This document shows, piece by piece, positions 38,401-47,870 of a stretch of 64,000 nucleotides of DNA. The DNA lies in the NCBI GenBank assembly GCA_002436085.1, contig DIXT01000021.1, forward strand, positions 685 to 64,684, given 5' to 3'. The notes under the pieces were generated by a model. That model was not told where the DNA came from. It saw nothing but the letters and a program-made list of their open reading frames with translations, and ran no database searches. The translations under genes were made by a program, and so were the position numbers. Position 1 is the first letter of the stretch. Each line of letters opens with the position of its first letter. This DNA is from Anaerolineaceae bacterium UBA6073. Lineage in GTDB: Bacteria > Chloroflexota > Anaerolineae > Anaerolineales > Anaerolineaceae.

Positions 38401-39789
38401 ATGTTCGTCAACCGCGTCTCTGAACTTGAATTATTGGAAAAACGTTTTCATTTGGGCAAAGCGGAATTCTTCGTTCTATACGGCCGCCGGCGGGTCGGGA
38501 AAACCGAATTGTTAGCACGTTTTTGTGAAGACAAACGGTCGATTTTCTTCGTCTCGGACCTGGGTTCGGAGATATCCCTCAGGACGGCTCTATCCGCTGC
38601 GGTCAATACGACTCTATTTGGCTCCAGCCAAATGAACGCGGTGTACTCCACCTGGGAAGACTTATTCCATGCCCTTGCTCAGGCAGCGCAAAACGAACGG
38701 TTAGTGGTCGTGCTGGATGAGTTCCCCTATCTGGTCACGGCGCACCCACCCTTGGCGACCATTCTTCAGCGTGCGTGGGACCAGACCCTGAAGAACAGTC
38801 AGATCATGCTCATTCTTTGCGGATCTTACATCGGCATGATGGAAGAAACTGTTTTAGGGTATCAGGCACCGCTGTACGGTAGAAGGACAGCGCAGTATCT
38901 TCTCGAGCCATTGCAGTTTAAAGATGCCCGGCTATTTTACCCATCTTTTAATTTAGAAGATCAGGTACGTGCCTATGCGGTTTATGGCGGCACACCAGCT
39001 TATCTGCATACCATCCAATCCCAACAGTCTCTAAACAAAAATATTGTGGATGGAATTCTCACTCGCGGTTCGTTTTTGTATGACGAAGTGCGTTTCGTGC
39101 TTCAACAGGAGCTGCGCGAGCCGCGCAATTACTTCGCGATTTTGCAAGCTATCGCAGCCGGCAAAACTCGTTTGAATGAGATCAAGCAGGCCACAGGGAT
39201 AGAAGGCGCGACTGCATATTTAGATACTCTACAGCAGCTTCACCTGGTTGAGCGCTTGGTCCCGGTGACGGAAACACAGCCTCAAAAGAGCCGCCGCGGC
39301 ATCTATCGTTTGAAAGACCATTATCTGCGCTTCTGGTTTCGGTATATCCATCCGAACCGCTCGCAGCTTGAACGTGGTGGAGCGCAAATAGTCCTGGAAA
39401 ACCAGGTGATACCTGAAATCGACCATTTCTCCAGTCTGACATTTGAGGAAGTCTGTCAGCAATTCTTCTGGCAATCAGGGCTAACCGGTAAATTACCTTT
39501 TGTTCCCACGAATATTGGCAATTGGTGGAATGCCAACGAAGAAATTGATCTCGTTGTATTGGGGGAGAACGATGCCATCCTGGTGGAATGCAAATGGACC
39601 AGTAAACCGGTGGGGATTGATATTCTGGCAGAGCTGGAGAGGAAGGAACAGATTGTTGGACCTGAGTTGGGAGATCGTCGCATCCATTTCGCTTTATGTT
39701 CCCGATCTGGTTTCACTTCTCAACTGACCGAGGACACAAAACACCGACAAGACTTAACTTTATTAAATTTACCGGAGATCGTGGGGTAA
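38401..39789 (+). CDS. AAA-type ATPase with C-terminal DUF234 (archaeal-ATPase family)
   Basis: FVNRVSELELLEK..FFVLYGRRRVGKTELL (Walker A), VVVLDEFPYL (Walker B). AGGAGG ribosome-binding site at 38388-38393. Confidence 0.75.
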   Translation: MFVNRVSELELLEKRFHLGKAEFFVLYGRRRVGKTELLARFCEDKRSIFFVSDLGSEISLRTALSAAVNTTLFGSSQMNAVYSTWEDLFHALAQAAQNERLVVVLDEFPYLVTAHPPLATILQRAWDQTLKNSQIMLILCGSYIGMMEETVLGYQAPLYGRRTAQYLLEPLQFKDARLFYPSFNLEDQVRAYAVYGGTPAYLHTIQSQQSLNKNIVDGILTRGSFLYDEVRFVLQQELREPRNYFAILQAIAAGKTRLNEIKQATGIEGATAYLDTLQQLHLVERLVPVTETQPQKSRRGIYRLKDHYLRFWFRYIHPNRSQLERGGAQIVLENQVIPEIDHFSSLTFEEVCQQFFWQSGLTGKLPFVPTNIGNWWNANEEIDLVVLGENDAILVECKWTSKPVGIDILAELERKEQIVGPELGDRRIHFALCSRSGFTSQLTEDTKHRQDLTLLNLPEIVG

Positions 39790-39942
39790 TCATCCGAAAA
39801 AAGGCATGGAGTTCTCTTCCCACAGATATCATCCCAGTTCTATCGGGACCTTGCCGCTGACGTTACCGCAGACGTTAATTACCAGGGAGATATTTTCGGT
39901 TTGTTCCCATATTGATCGATAGACTATTCTCAAATTTCAGTG

Positions 39943-41694
39943 TTAAAGCTTGCGCAATTCTGCTTGCAATGCAGGCCGGCGCGAATAGGTGCTTTTTAAC
40001 CCCTCCAGGTAAGATAACCATTCTTCTTTCCTGCCAGAGGCAAGGTAGGCTTGTTTCATCTTTGCCAGCCAGCGCGCTGCAGCGGCATAATATTTGCTCT
40101 GGGTTTTGGCGATTAACCCTTCTGCCTGTTTCCGGCTGGCCTGGATAACCCAATCCGGGCGTAAGGGGAAAACAGCATCCGCGACTTTTTCGATCAGGGA
40201 ATAATTCCATTCGCCGGCTTTTTTGGCAATGCTAATCGCCTTATCCCAATCTTCTTCAGAAAGATAAACATCGACAAGCACATCCATGTGGGGTGAGGCT
40301 TGAAGAATTTGCATAAGAACCGGTCGTAAATCCCCCCAATTCGCACCAGATAACTTCTTGAGTATACTGTACAGTTCCAATGAAGGCAGGCTGGTGAATG
40401 CTGCCTGGTAAGCTTTGATGGCCTTATCAATCTGTCCCTGGGTCTCTTCAATGGGTCCCAGCCAGGCGCCTAATTCATGTTTGTTGCCATCCAAGTCAAG
40501 CCCTTTCTCTGCCAGGCGCAGCGCATCAAGCAAATACCCGGCGTCTCGCAACGCTTTGGCTACCATTAAGGCATCACTGGCTTGAGTGATGGTTTTCCAT
40601 GCAACTTCTTTCGCCTTTTCAAAATTTCCCACCTCTATCTGTTTAAGAATATAGCGCCGGTATTCTCCAGCCTCAAAACATAACTGTAGAAATTCTTCTA
40701 CACAGTTATGACGTTCCAAGATATTCAATTTGGCTTCGGTCAGGATAGATTCGTCATAATCATAATCTTCCTGCTCATCCAACACTTCCTCCGACCAGCC
40801 AAGATTCAGGGCGGCCAGGATCACATCTAGATCATCAATCCCGTAGGCGCTTAATTCTTCAACCACAGGTTCCAACTCAATAAACAGGTTGTGACGTTCG
40901 GTTTTACTCAGATCGGCGCTCAGAATGGCTTCAACAAGAGGCAGGACCAATTCACTAAAAAAGACACCCAACTCGCCGTCGGAATCATCAAACTGTTCAA
41001 AACTTCCACTGACCTCGGTTAGAAGGGTGGTCAGGATGATCAACGCCCCATGCGCATCATCCGCTTCCAGAAAATCATAGGCTGTATCGCGAACATGATT
41101 CAGTTGATCGACCATTCCGCCCATCATCCAGTATGCTTCTGACATGCGATACCCTTGAAGACTGTGCAATATGCTTTGAATTTGTCGCTTGTATACCGTC
41201 TTTGATACTTCCGTTTTACGCTTATCTCGTTGTTGGGCTGGTTGGGACTTGGCTGACACGGCTGGAATGGCAGTTTGCAGCCATGAATACAAATCCGGAT
41301 TTTTATCTACCATTTTTGTGATCAGGTACACTAGTCCATCTTTATCCAGTTGCCCCAACAGCTCTTTGATGTTTTTTTGCTCGATAAAAGCATCCGGGCT
41401 ATGGACATAGGTGAGCATTAAGGCAATGATATGCTTGCAGTAACCGCCCCAGCCCCCTCCGGGGGTGTTCCGATCATATGGGCAGGTGCAAGAAGCCTCC
41501 TGGATACCGCCTTCATCCAATTGAACACGTATCTGATAAAACGGCGCACTGCTGCCTTTGCATTTTCCGGTCAAGAGGTCACCCTGCCGGAAGGTGTCAA
41601 AGACTGCGTCAGATTGGTACAGATCATGCCCGCGAGTGAAGCTTTCAGGGGAGGATAAGGATTTGAGGAGATTTTCGGTCATTTTATTTGTCAT
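39943..41694 (-). CDS. SWIM zinc-finger protein with helical-repeat C-terminal region
   Basis: SWIM signature CTCPYDRNTPGGGWGGYCKHIIAL (CxC..CxH) near the N-terminus. 583 aa. Confidence 0.75.
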   Translation of the reverse strand: MTNKMTENLLKSLSSPESFTRGHDLYQSDAVFDTFRQGDLLTGKCKGSSAPFYQIRVQLDEGGIQEASCTCPYDRNTPGGGWGGYCKHIIALMLTYVHSPDAFIEQKNIKELLGQLDKDGLVYLITKMVDKNPDLYSWLQTAIPAVSAKSQPAQQRDKRKTEVSKTVYKRQIQSILHSLQGYRMSEAYWMMGGMVDQLNHVRDTAYDFLEADDAHGALIILTTLLTEVSGSFEQFDDSDGELGVFFSELVLPLVEAILSADLSKTERHNLFIELEPVVEELSAYGIDDLDVILAALNLGWSEEVLDEQEDYDYDESILTEAKLNILERHNCVEEFLQLCFEAGEYRRYILKQIEVGNFEKAKEVAWKTITQASDALMVAKALRDAGYLLDALRLAEKGLDLDGNKHELGAWLGPIEETQGQIDKAIKAYQAAFTSLPSLELYSILKKLSGANWGDLRPVLMQILQASPHMDVLVDVYLSEEDWDKAISIAKKAGEWNYSLIEKVADAVFPLRPDWVIQASRKQAEGLIAKTQSKYYAAAARWLAKMKQAYLASGRKEEWLSYLEGLKSTYSRRPALQAELRKL

Positions 41695-41948
41695 GCGGAT
41701 AATCCCTTAAGCAATACTCCAGATGGTGATTCGTCTCTTCTTATTTTCAAGTAAAAGCAAATTCCATTAAATTGAACTTTTCGGTCAAAGTTCTTCAATC
41801 AAGAAAAATGAAACATGTATAAAAATGACCCACCTCGGTGCGCATGCAAAGCAGAGGCGTGGTGGGTACTGTTGGATTGATTATAACCAGGTTTACACAT
41901 AATAAGTCTTACCTGGCACACTTCCAGGCAATCAAAACCCAAATAAGG

Positions 41949-42221
41949 TCATTTTGTGTCGGGTATTAACTTGAATTCAATCTTTGCGCCTAACGCTTCA
42001 GCGATCTTCGCAAGGAAGGATAAACTAGGAGTGCTTGAGCCATTCTCTAATCTAGCGATGGAAGGTTGCCGAGTGCCAACCATCTTAGCAAGTTGAGCCT
42101 GAGTTAAACCCCTTAACATGCGGAGCCGGGCAACCTGGTAGCCGGGTTCCAATTCCTCGGCAGCAGCCAGGAAATCCGGGGCTTTAATCTTTTCAACTTC
42201 CCAATCTTCAAATTTTGGCAA
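41949..42221 (-). CDS. XRE family helix-turn-helix regulator (antitoxin-like)
   Basis: LRGLTQAQLAKMVGTRQPSIARLENG is a canonical XRE HTH. TTG start preceded by GAAGGAAG. Confidence 0.75.
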   Translation of the reverse strand: MPKFEDWEVEKIKAPDFLAAAEELEPGYQVARLRMLRGLTQAQLAKMVGTRQPSIARLENGSSTPSLSFLAKIAEALGAKIEFKLIPDTK

Positions 42222-42522
42222 TTTACTTCCTTCAATGCCAAATCCATTGAATCTTTCAGGTCTAGATGATCAATGCCCGCAAGAACTATTCCACCTGCAC
42301 TAATCAGATCTATCGCTAAAGAAACCTAAATTATCATAATCCAGATTTCTTTATTTCTTGCGTCAGTTCCAATCAAAGTAAGCACTTGTTATTATCAATT
42401 TCAGACTGAAATGATAATAACATTGGATGTGCTCTCATTTATGATAATAGCCACTACCTGAAGACAACATCAAAGGTATTCATCCGAAATATTTCCGGAC
42501 TAGTGTTTTATCCTTGGCTAAA

Positions 42523-42720
42523 TCATTTATCATCTTTGTGTTTGGTCTTGTCCACCAGGATAAATCCCTGGCCTGGTTTTGGCGTTGGCGGCAAGGTTTC
42601 GCCTTTGGTAACGGTGACTTCAGTCCCGGTTTTTCCGCCTTTTGGACCAACTACGCCATATTGTCCAGATTCCGGGGCCTTCTGACCCGGCTTGTGCATT
42701 GTACCTTTGGGTTTACTCAT
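42523..42720 (-). CDS. small YjzC-like protein
   Basis: MSKPKGTMHKPGQKAPESGQYGVVGPKGG..VTVTKGETLPPTPKPGQGF resembles the YjzC family pattern. The ATG at 42720 has an AAAGGA ribosome-binding site. The listed ORF start at 42750 overlaps the PIN gene. Confidence 0.45.
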   Translation of the reverse strand: MSKPKGTMHKPGQKAPESGQYGVVGPKGGKTGTEVTVTKGETLPPTPKPGQGFILVDKTKHKDDK

Positions 42721-42737
42721 TCGAATATCCTTTCTGG

Positions 42738-43232
42738 TCAAAATGACCAACGATCAAAACGTTTTTGACATTCACCATCTGGCAGTCTTGCCCCTTGATC
42801 GAGCATTTCCCGGAGGGCAATGGCTGCCTGATTTTCTGTAAGAACATGGTGGATCACCATTTCATCCAATATCCATAGCACCCCGTGAACCGGTACCCCC
42901 TGCGCTTTGGCAAGTTCATTAAGTCTTCGGTCGCCGGTCACCAAACTTGCATCCAATACCCTGGCAAGCAATAATGCAGCCAGGTCGATGGCTGATAATT
43001 GACGATGGATTTGCCTTAACCGGACTAATTCGAGCACATATTCAGGTTCAAGACCATGTGTTTGCAATCCCAGATCTTGCAGCGTTGCCCACCTGGGATG
43101 AATAAACTCTTCTACCGCAAAATCAGTGGTGAAAAATTGATATGGAAGATGGAAAACAGCGGCTAATATCTTGCCGTTCTCGAGGTCGATCCAAATATTC
43201 GTATCAGTTACCAGAACGGATGGCAAGGTCAT
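42738..43232 (-). CDS. PIN-domain nuclease
   Basis: N-terminal VLVTDTNIWIDL and C-terminal LVTGDRRL acidic motifs typical of the PIN fold. Overlaps the upstream XRE-ImmA gene by 29 nt. Confidence 0.7.
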   Translation of the reverse strand: MTLPSVLVTDTNIWIDLENGKILAAVFHLPYQFFTTDFAVEEFIHPRWATLQDLGLQTHGLEPEYVLELVRLRQIHRQLSAIDLAALLLARVLDASLVTGDRRLNELAKAQGVPVHGVLWILDEMVIHHVLTENQAAIALREMLDQGARLPDGECQKRFDRWSF

Positions 43233-44256
43233 TTAGCTGCAGTGCCTCCATCTCCCACCCTAGTTGTAATGGCTTGCCATACAATTCCTGCGCCCTGGAA
43301 CGCGAGATCAAATCCTCAGCCAAAGCGCGATAAATTAACCGTTCCATCCGCATGGGCGTTTCAGAAGGATAAGGTTTTCCTGGTTCCTGGCGATGCCAAT
43401 CATTGACGCGGAACTGCTGGAATAAACGCGCTGCGGTGTTTTCAGAAATAATGGAAAGATCCTTGGCGCGGTAAATCCAGGCTTGCATACTTAAGCCGTA
43501 TTTATGCTTAAGCATGTGCAACTCGTTGATATTAAGGTCCGTCCGGTTGGCACCGAGTTCAAAGCGAGCCGTTGCAGCCGGCACGAGGAAAGCCCCGACA
43601 AACCGATTGGCCGCCTGTTCTGGCTTGAGGTTGCCCTGAACATCCAGGATCAGGTGTCCCAGTTCATGCCCTAAATTGAATCGCTGCCGGTCGCCTGATA
43701 ATTCGCCTTTGGTTACAATGACCGGATCGCCATCGGCCTTGAAAGTGCAGGCGTCAAAATGCTCGAAACCAGAGATGATCCCCACCTTGATTCCCCGGTC
43801 CTCCAGCAACTGGACCAGATTTTCGATTGCATCATAGCCCAAGCTCCAGTGGTCACGTAATTCGAGAGCTGCGGTTTCAATTTCATCCAGTGAGGTCACT
43901 TTGCGCAGGGGGAGGTTTGCCGCATGTTGTTCTTCCGGGAAAAGGCTTTCGACCTCGAGATAACGCTCCACCCAATCCTGGATGCGCATCTGGATGGCTT
44001 CCTGTTCTTTGACGCCCAGTCCAGCGTGTTTTCGATATGCTTGAAGTTGTACAGAGACCGTGCTCGGGCGAAAGAAGAAATCCACTTTGACCTGCAAAGC
44101 CTGAGACAGCCGCAGCAATACGCCAGAGCTGGGCACATCCTGGTCGCGTTCATATTTTGAGATTGCCATGGCGCTGACCCCAATTTCATCCGCCAGTTTT
44201 CGCAAGGAAAAATTGCCCGCTTTCCGAGCCTGTTTGATACGCCCTCCGATGGTCAT
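43204..44256 (-). CDS. XRE HTH fused to ImmA/IrrE-family (COG2856) zinc metallopeptidase
   Basis: N-terminal HTH FSLRKLADEIGVSAMAISKYERD. Central HEXXH motif LGHELGHLIL. Confidence 0.8.
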   Translation of the reverse strand: MTIGGRIKQARKAGNFSLRKLADEIGVSAMAISKYERDQDVPSSGVLLRLSQALQVKVDFFFRPSTVSVQLQAYRKHAGLGVKEQEAIQMRIQDWVERYLEVESLFPEEQHAANLPLRKVTSLDEIETAALELRDHWSLGYDAIENLVQLLEDRGIKVGIISGFEHFDACTFKADGDPVIVTKGELSGDRQRFNLGHELGHLILDVQGNLKPEQAANRFVGAFLVPAATARFELGANRTDLNINELHMLKHKYGLSMQAWIYRAKDLSIISENTAARLFQQFRVNDWHRQEPGKPYPSETPMRMERLIYRALAEDLISRSRAQELYGKPLQLGWEMEALQLNDLAIRSGN

Positions 44257-44279
44257 GGCCTCCTCCTTTTCTCTTTCAG

Positions 44280-44313
44280 TTTACATAATAGCACTAAATA
44301 CATAATTTGTAAA
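44280..44313. promoter_or_regulatory. imperfect inverted repeat in the divergent promoter region (candidate operator)
   Basis: TTTACATAAT..(14 nt)..AATTTGTAAA matches at 8 of 10 positions, with an internal direct repeat ACATAAT x2. A gctataatc -10-like box lies downstream at about 44383. Confidence 0.3.
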
Positions 44314-44436
44314 CTGTTATCTACTCAAAAATGGATTGGGGAAAACTGCCCTCCTATTTGATTTTGCTTTTTCTTTCCTGATGCTATAATCATTAGAGCA
44401 ACTGTGATAATCTCAATTTTAACAGCGAGGTGAGTA

Positions 44437-44646
44437 ATGGCCGACACGGATGAGTTCTGGACGGCAGAAGAAGTCTCAAATTACCTACGAATTCCGCAAT
44501 CGACCATTTACAAGCTCGCCCAAGATAAAGTGTTACCCGGTTTTAAGGTGGGAAAGCACTGGAGATTTCGCCGAGAGGCTATTCTTAAATGGATTGATGA
44601 CAGCGAAAATAAAAAATCAACTCCAACATCCGGTAACCTAAAGTAA
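44437..44646 (+). CDS. excisionase-family / MerR-like helix-turn-helix DNA-binding protein
   Basis: FWTAEEVSNYLRIPQSTIYKLAQDKVLPGFKVGKHWRFRREAILKWI is the typical excisionase-type HTH pattern. 69 aa. It ends 8 nt before drmD. Confidence 0.75.
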   Translation: MADTDEFWTAEEVSNYLRIPQSTIYKLAQDKVLPGFKVGKHWRFRREAILKWIDDSENKKSTPTSGNLK

Positions 44647-44654
44647 AACCTTCG

Positions 44655-47600
44655 ATGATTACAAACACTACTACTTCCATCCCCGAAATCGGACAAATCG
44701 TCACCGTACGTCAACGTCGGTATGTTGTATCTGACATACAGCAGAGTACAATCCCGCTTGAAGTCCTTTCGAAAAATGGGGATAAACCACAGCACCTGAT
44801 TTTCCTAAGCTCAATTGAAGATGATGCACTGGGGGAGACCCTTCAGGTTATTTGGGAGATCGAACCGGACGCCAGAATAAATGATAAATCGGGATTACCC
44901 GACCCAGCAGGGTTTGATTCTCCAATAAAGTTCGACGCTTTTATAAATGCAGTTCGTTGGGGAGCGATCAGCTCAGCAGATATCCGCTCCCTTCAAGCCC
45001 CTTTCAGAAGCGGCATAACCATTGAAGATTATCAATTGGATCCGCTCGTGCGTGCGGTTCAGATGCCACGTGCGAATTTACTGGTAGCTGATGATGTGGG
45101 TCTGGGTAAAACTATCGAAGCCGGCCTCATCGTACAGGAATTACTGCTGCGCAACCGGGCCCGAACAGTGTTGATTGTCTGCCCCTCTTCCCTGCAGATC
45201 CAATGGCGCGATCAAATGCGGGATAAGTTTGGGCTTGAGTTTCGTATTGTGGATGCAGAGTTGATGCGCACTTTACGTCGCACTCGTGGATTACATACCA
45301 ATCCATGGTCGCACTTTCCACGTCTGATTACCTCGATCGATTTTCTAAAACGTGATCGCCCCATGCGATTATTCAAAGAAATCCTACCTGCCGAGGATGA
45401 GCCAAAATACCCACGCAAATTTGACATCCTCATCATTGACGAAGCCCACAATATTGCCCCGGTAGGACGCGGTAAATATGCTACGGATTCCCTTCGAACG
45501 TTGGCCATTCGCACGATTGCTCCAAATTTCGAACATAAATTATTCTTAACCGCCACGCCTCACAACGGTTACAAAGAATCTTTTACCGCCTTGCTAGAAT
45601 TACTGGACAATCAGCGCTTTGCTCGTGGCATTGAGCCAGATCGACAGCAACTCCAGTTGGTGATGGTCCGGCGCATGAAAAGCGAACTGCCTCCCCAGTT
45701 TGATGGCACCCCTCGCTTCCCGAAACGTTCCATTCAGGCGATTGAAGTTTCTTACTCGGATGAGGAAAAGAAAGCTCACGCCTGGCTGCAGGAGTACACT
45801 GAACTGCGCCAGCAGAACCCAAAAGATGCCGTTGAGCGTTATGCAACCGAATTTATGATGAAGATGCTCAAGAAGCGGTTGTTTTCTTCGCCAGCTGCGT
45901 TCTTGCTCACCCTTGAACAACATTTAAAGACGCTTGAGAAGACGAAGACCCTTTCTGATCAGCATAAACCAGTCTTTGGCATTTTACGCCAGCAGCTTGA
46001 AGCCGCGGAGGAAGATGATCCACAAGAGACCTCTGAAGAACCAGGTGAAGATGTGATCTTGACAGCCACCCGCCTTTTCCGCCCGGTTACCCCCCGCGAA
46101 AAGGAATTATTAGATAACCTGCTGGCCTGGGCGAAGCGCTCCGCAGCCCGTCCAGACAGCAAAATCCAGGAACTACTGAAATGGTTGAAGACCAACATCA
46201 AACCCAATGGGGTCTGGTCCAATGAACGGGTAGTCATTTTCACTGAATACCGTGCAACGTTAAATTCACTACAGGAATTGCTCGCCATGGAAGGCTTTAC
46301 AGGTGATAACCGCTTGATGACCCTTTATGGCGGAATGGATGATGAAAAACGCGAGAGCGTCAAAGCTGCATTCCAGGCCCGACCAGAGATCAGCCCGGTG
46401 CGGATTTTATTGGCCACCGATGCGGCTTCAGAGGGTATTGACCTGCAAAACCATTGCCACTGTATTATCCACACGGAAATACCCTGGAATCCGAACCGCC
46501 TGGAACAGCGCAATGGCCGCCTTGACCGTCATGGGCAAACAAAGGATGTGTTGGTTCACCATTTTGTAACCAAAGGATTCCGCGATCAGGAGCAGAATGC
46601 ATGGGATGTGCGCGGACAGGGACTGGAAGCCGATCTGGAATTCCTTTTTCGGGCAGTGAAGAAGGTTGAACAAATTCGTGAAGACCTGGGTAAGGTTGGT
46701 CCCGTAATTGCCCTGCAGGTGGAAGAAGCCATGCTGGGCAAACGCCGCCATCTGGATACTGCTCAGGCAGAACGCGATAATGAACCGGTAAGGCGGATGC
46801 TGAAATTCGAGCGCGACTTGCGCGCTCAAATTGCCCGTCATATGGAGCAGCTTCAAGAAACACGCCAGACCATGAACTTTTCACCGGAAAACACCGAGAT
46901 CATCGTGGAAACCGCTTTGGAACTGGCAGGTCAGCGTGGATTAATCCCGGCGAAACTGCCTAAACTTCCTGGTGAGCAGCATCCGATCAACGGCACACCA
47001 ATCTATGAACTTCCGGCATTGACCGGCAGTTGGGCGGCTTGCGCAGAGGGGTTGGCGCACCCGCATACGGGCAAGATCCGCCCGATTACTTTTGACCATA
47101 ATGTAGTCGATGGGCGCGATGACGTGGTGCTGGCGCATCTCAACCACCGTCTGGTGCAGATGTCCTTGCGCCTGCTGCGCGCCGAGGTTTGGTCGCCGGC
47201 CAGCAAGAAGGGTTTGCACCGCCTGACTGCGCGGTTGGTTGCGGATACTGCACTCACCGACCCGGCAGTCATTGCTTTTGCACGGTTGGTTGTGACCGGC
47301 GGCGACCAGAACCGGCTGCACGAAGAGATTATTTCAACCGGAGGGTTTTTAAAGGAAGGTAAGTTCAACCGGATGAACGTCGGCCAGGTGACAAATGCCC
47401 TACAGGCCGCCACCGACCAGGAACCCAATGCAGCCATGCAGCAGCGCTTATTGGATCTCTATGCTCGCATGATTCCTTCTCTATCTTCTGCATTGGAAGC
47501 GCGCTGCAAAGACCGTATGGATGGCATCCAGAAATTGCTGACAGAACGCTCTGAGTTTGAAGCCAGAAGTATCGAAAGCGTCCTCAATGAGCTGGCCAGT

Positions 47601-47834
47601 TCCATCCGCCAGGAACTGGATGAGCCTGAAGTACTGCAGCTGGAATTGTTTACCAGCGAGGAAAAGGAACAATTGAATCGCAACATGGACGCTCTACGGC
47701 GAAGGCTGGCAGCTATTCCGGGCGAAATTGAGCAGGAAAAAATGGTGATTCAAAAAAGGTTCTCGGACCCGCAGATACGTATGTTTCCGGTTGCAATCAT
47801 GTTTCTCGTTCCCGAGAAATATTCACGCGGATAA
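44655..47834 (+). CDS. drmD: SNF2-family helicase, DISARM class 1 DrmD-like
   Basis: Motif I LLVADDVGLGKTIEAG, motif II ILIIDEAHNIAP, C-terminal helicase LLATDAASEGIDLQ and NPNRLEQRNGRLDRHGQ. First large gene of the operon. Confidence 0.8.
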   Translation: MITNTTTSIPEIGQIVTVRQRRYVVSDIQQSTIPLEVLSKNGDKPQHLIFLSSIEDDALGETLQVIWEIEPDARINDKSGLPDPAGFDSPIKFDAFINAVRWGAISSADIRSLQAPFRSGITIEDYQLDPLVRAVQMPRANLLVADDVGLGKTIEAGLIVQELLLRNRARTVLIVCPSSLQIQWRDQMRDKFGLEFRIVDAELMRTLRRTRGLHTNPWSHFPRLITSIDFLKRDRPMRLFKEILPAEDEPKYPRKFDILIIDEAHNIAPVGRGKYATDSLRTLAIRTIAPNFEHKLFLTATPHNGYKESFTALLELLDNQRFARGIEPDRQQLQLVMVRRMKSELPPQFDGTPRFPKRSIQAIEVSYSDEEKKAHAWLQEYTELRQQNPKDAVERYATEFMMKMLKKRLFSSPAAFLLTLEQHLKTLEKTKTLSDQHKPVFGILRQQLEAAEEDDPQETSEEPGEDVILTATRLFRPVTPREKELLDNLLAWAKRSAARPDSKIQELLKWLKTNIKPNGVWSNERVVIFTEYRATLNSLQELLAMEGFTGDNRLMTLYGGMDDEKRESVKAAFQARPEISPVRILLATDAASEGIDLQNHCHCIIHTEIPWNPNRLEQRNGRLDRHGQTKDVLVHHFVTKGFRDQEQNAWDVRGQGLEADLEFLFRAVKKVEQIREDLGKVGPVIALQVEEAMLGKRRHLDTAQAERDNEPVRRMLKFERDLRAQIARHMEQLQETRQTMNFSPENTEIIVETALELAGQRGLIPAKLPKLPGEQHPINGTPIYELPALTGSWAACAEGLAHPHTGKIRPITFDHNVVDGRDDVVLAHLNHRLVQMSLRLLRAEVWSPASKKGLHRLTARLVADTALTDPAVIAFARLVVTGGDQNRLHEEIISTGGFLKEGKFNRMNVGQVTNALQAATDQEPNAAMQQRLLDLYARMIPSLSSALEARCKDRMDGIQKLLTERSEFEARSIESVLNELASSIRQELDEPEVLQLELFTSEEKEQLNRNMDALRRRLAAIPGEIEQEKMVIQKRFSDPQIRMFPVAIMFLVPEKYSRG

Positions 47835-47870
47835 TAACTTTCTGATTAGCAACTTTTCGAGGGAGTTTTT

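Noticed and set aside
42222-42345. Possible HigB/RelE-type toxin gene upstream of the XRE gene at 41949..42221
   Set aside because: All three minus-strand frames contain stops within this stretch, and the longest start-codon-bearing frame (about 45 codons) overlaps the XRE gene out of frame and has no toxin-like motifs.
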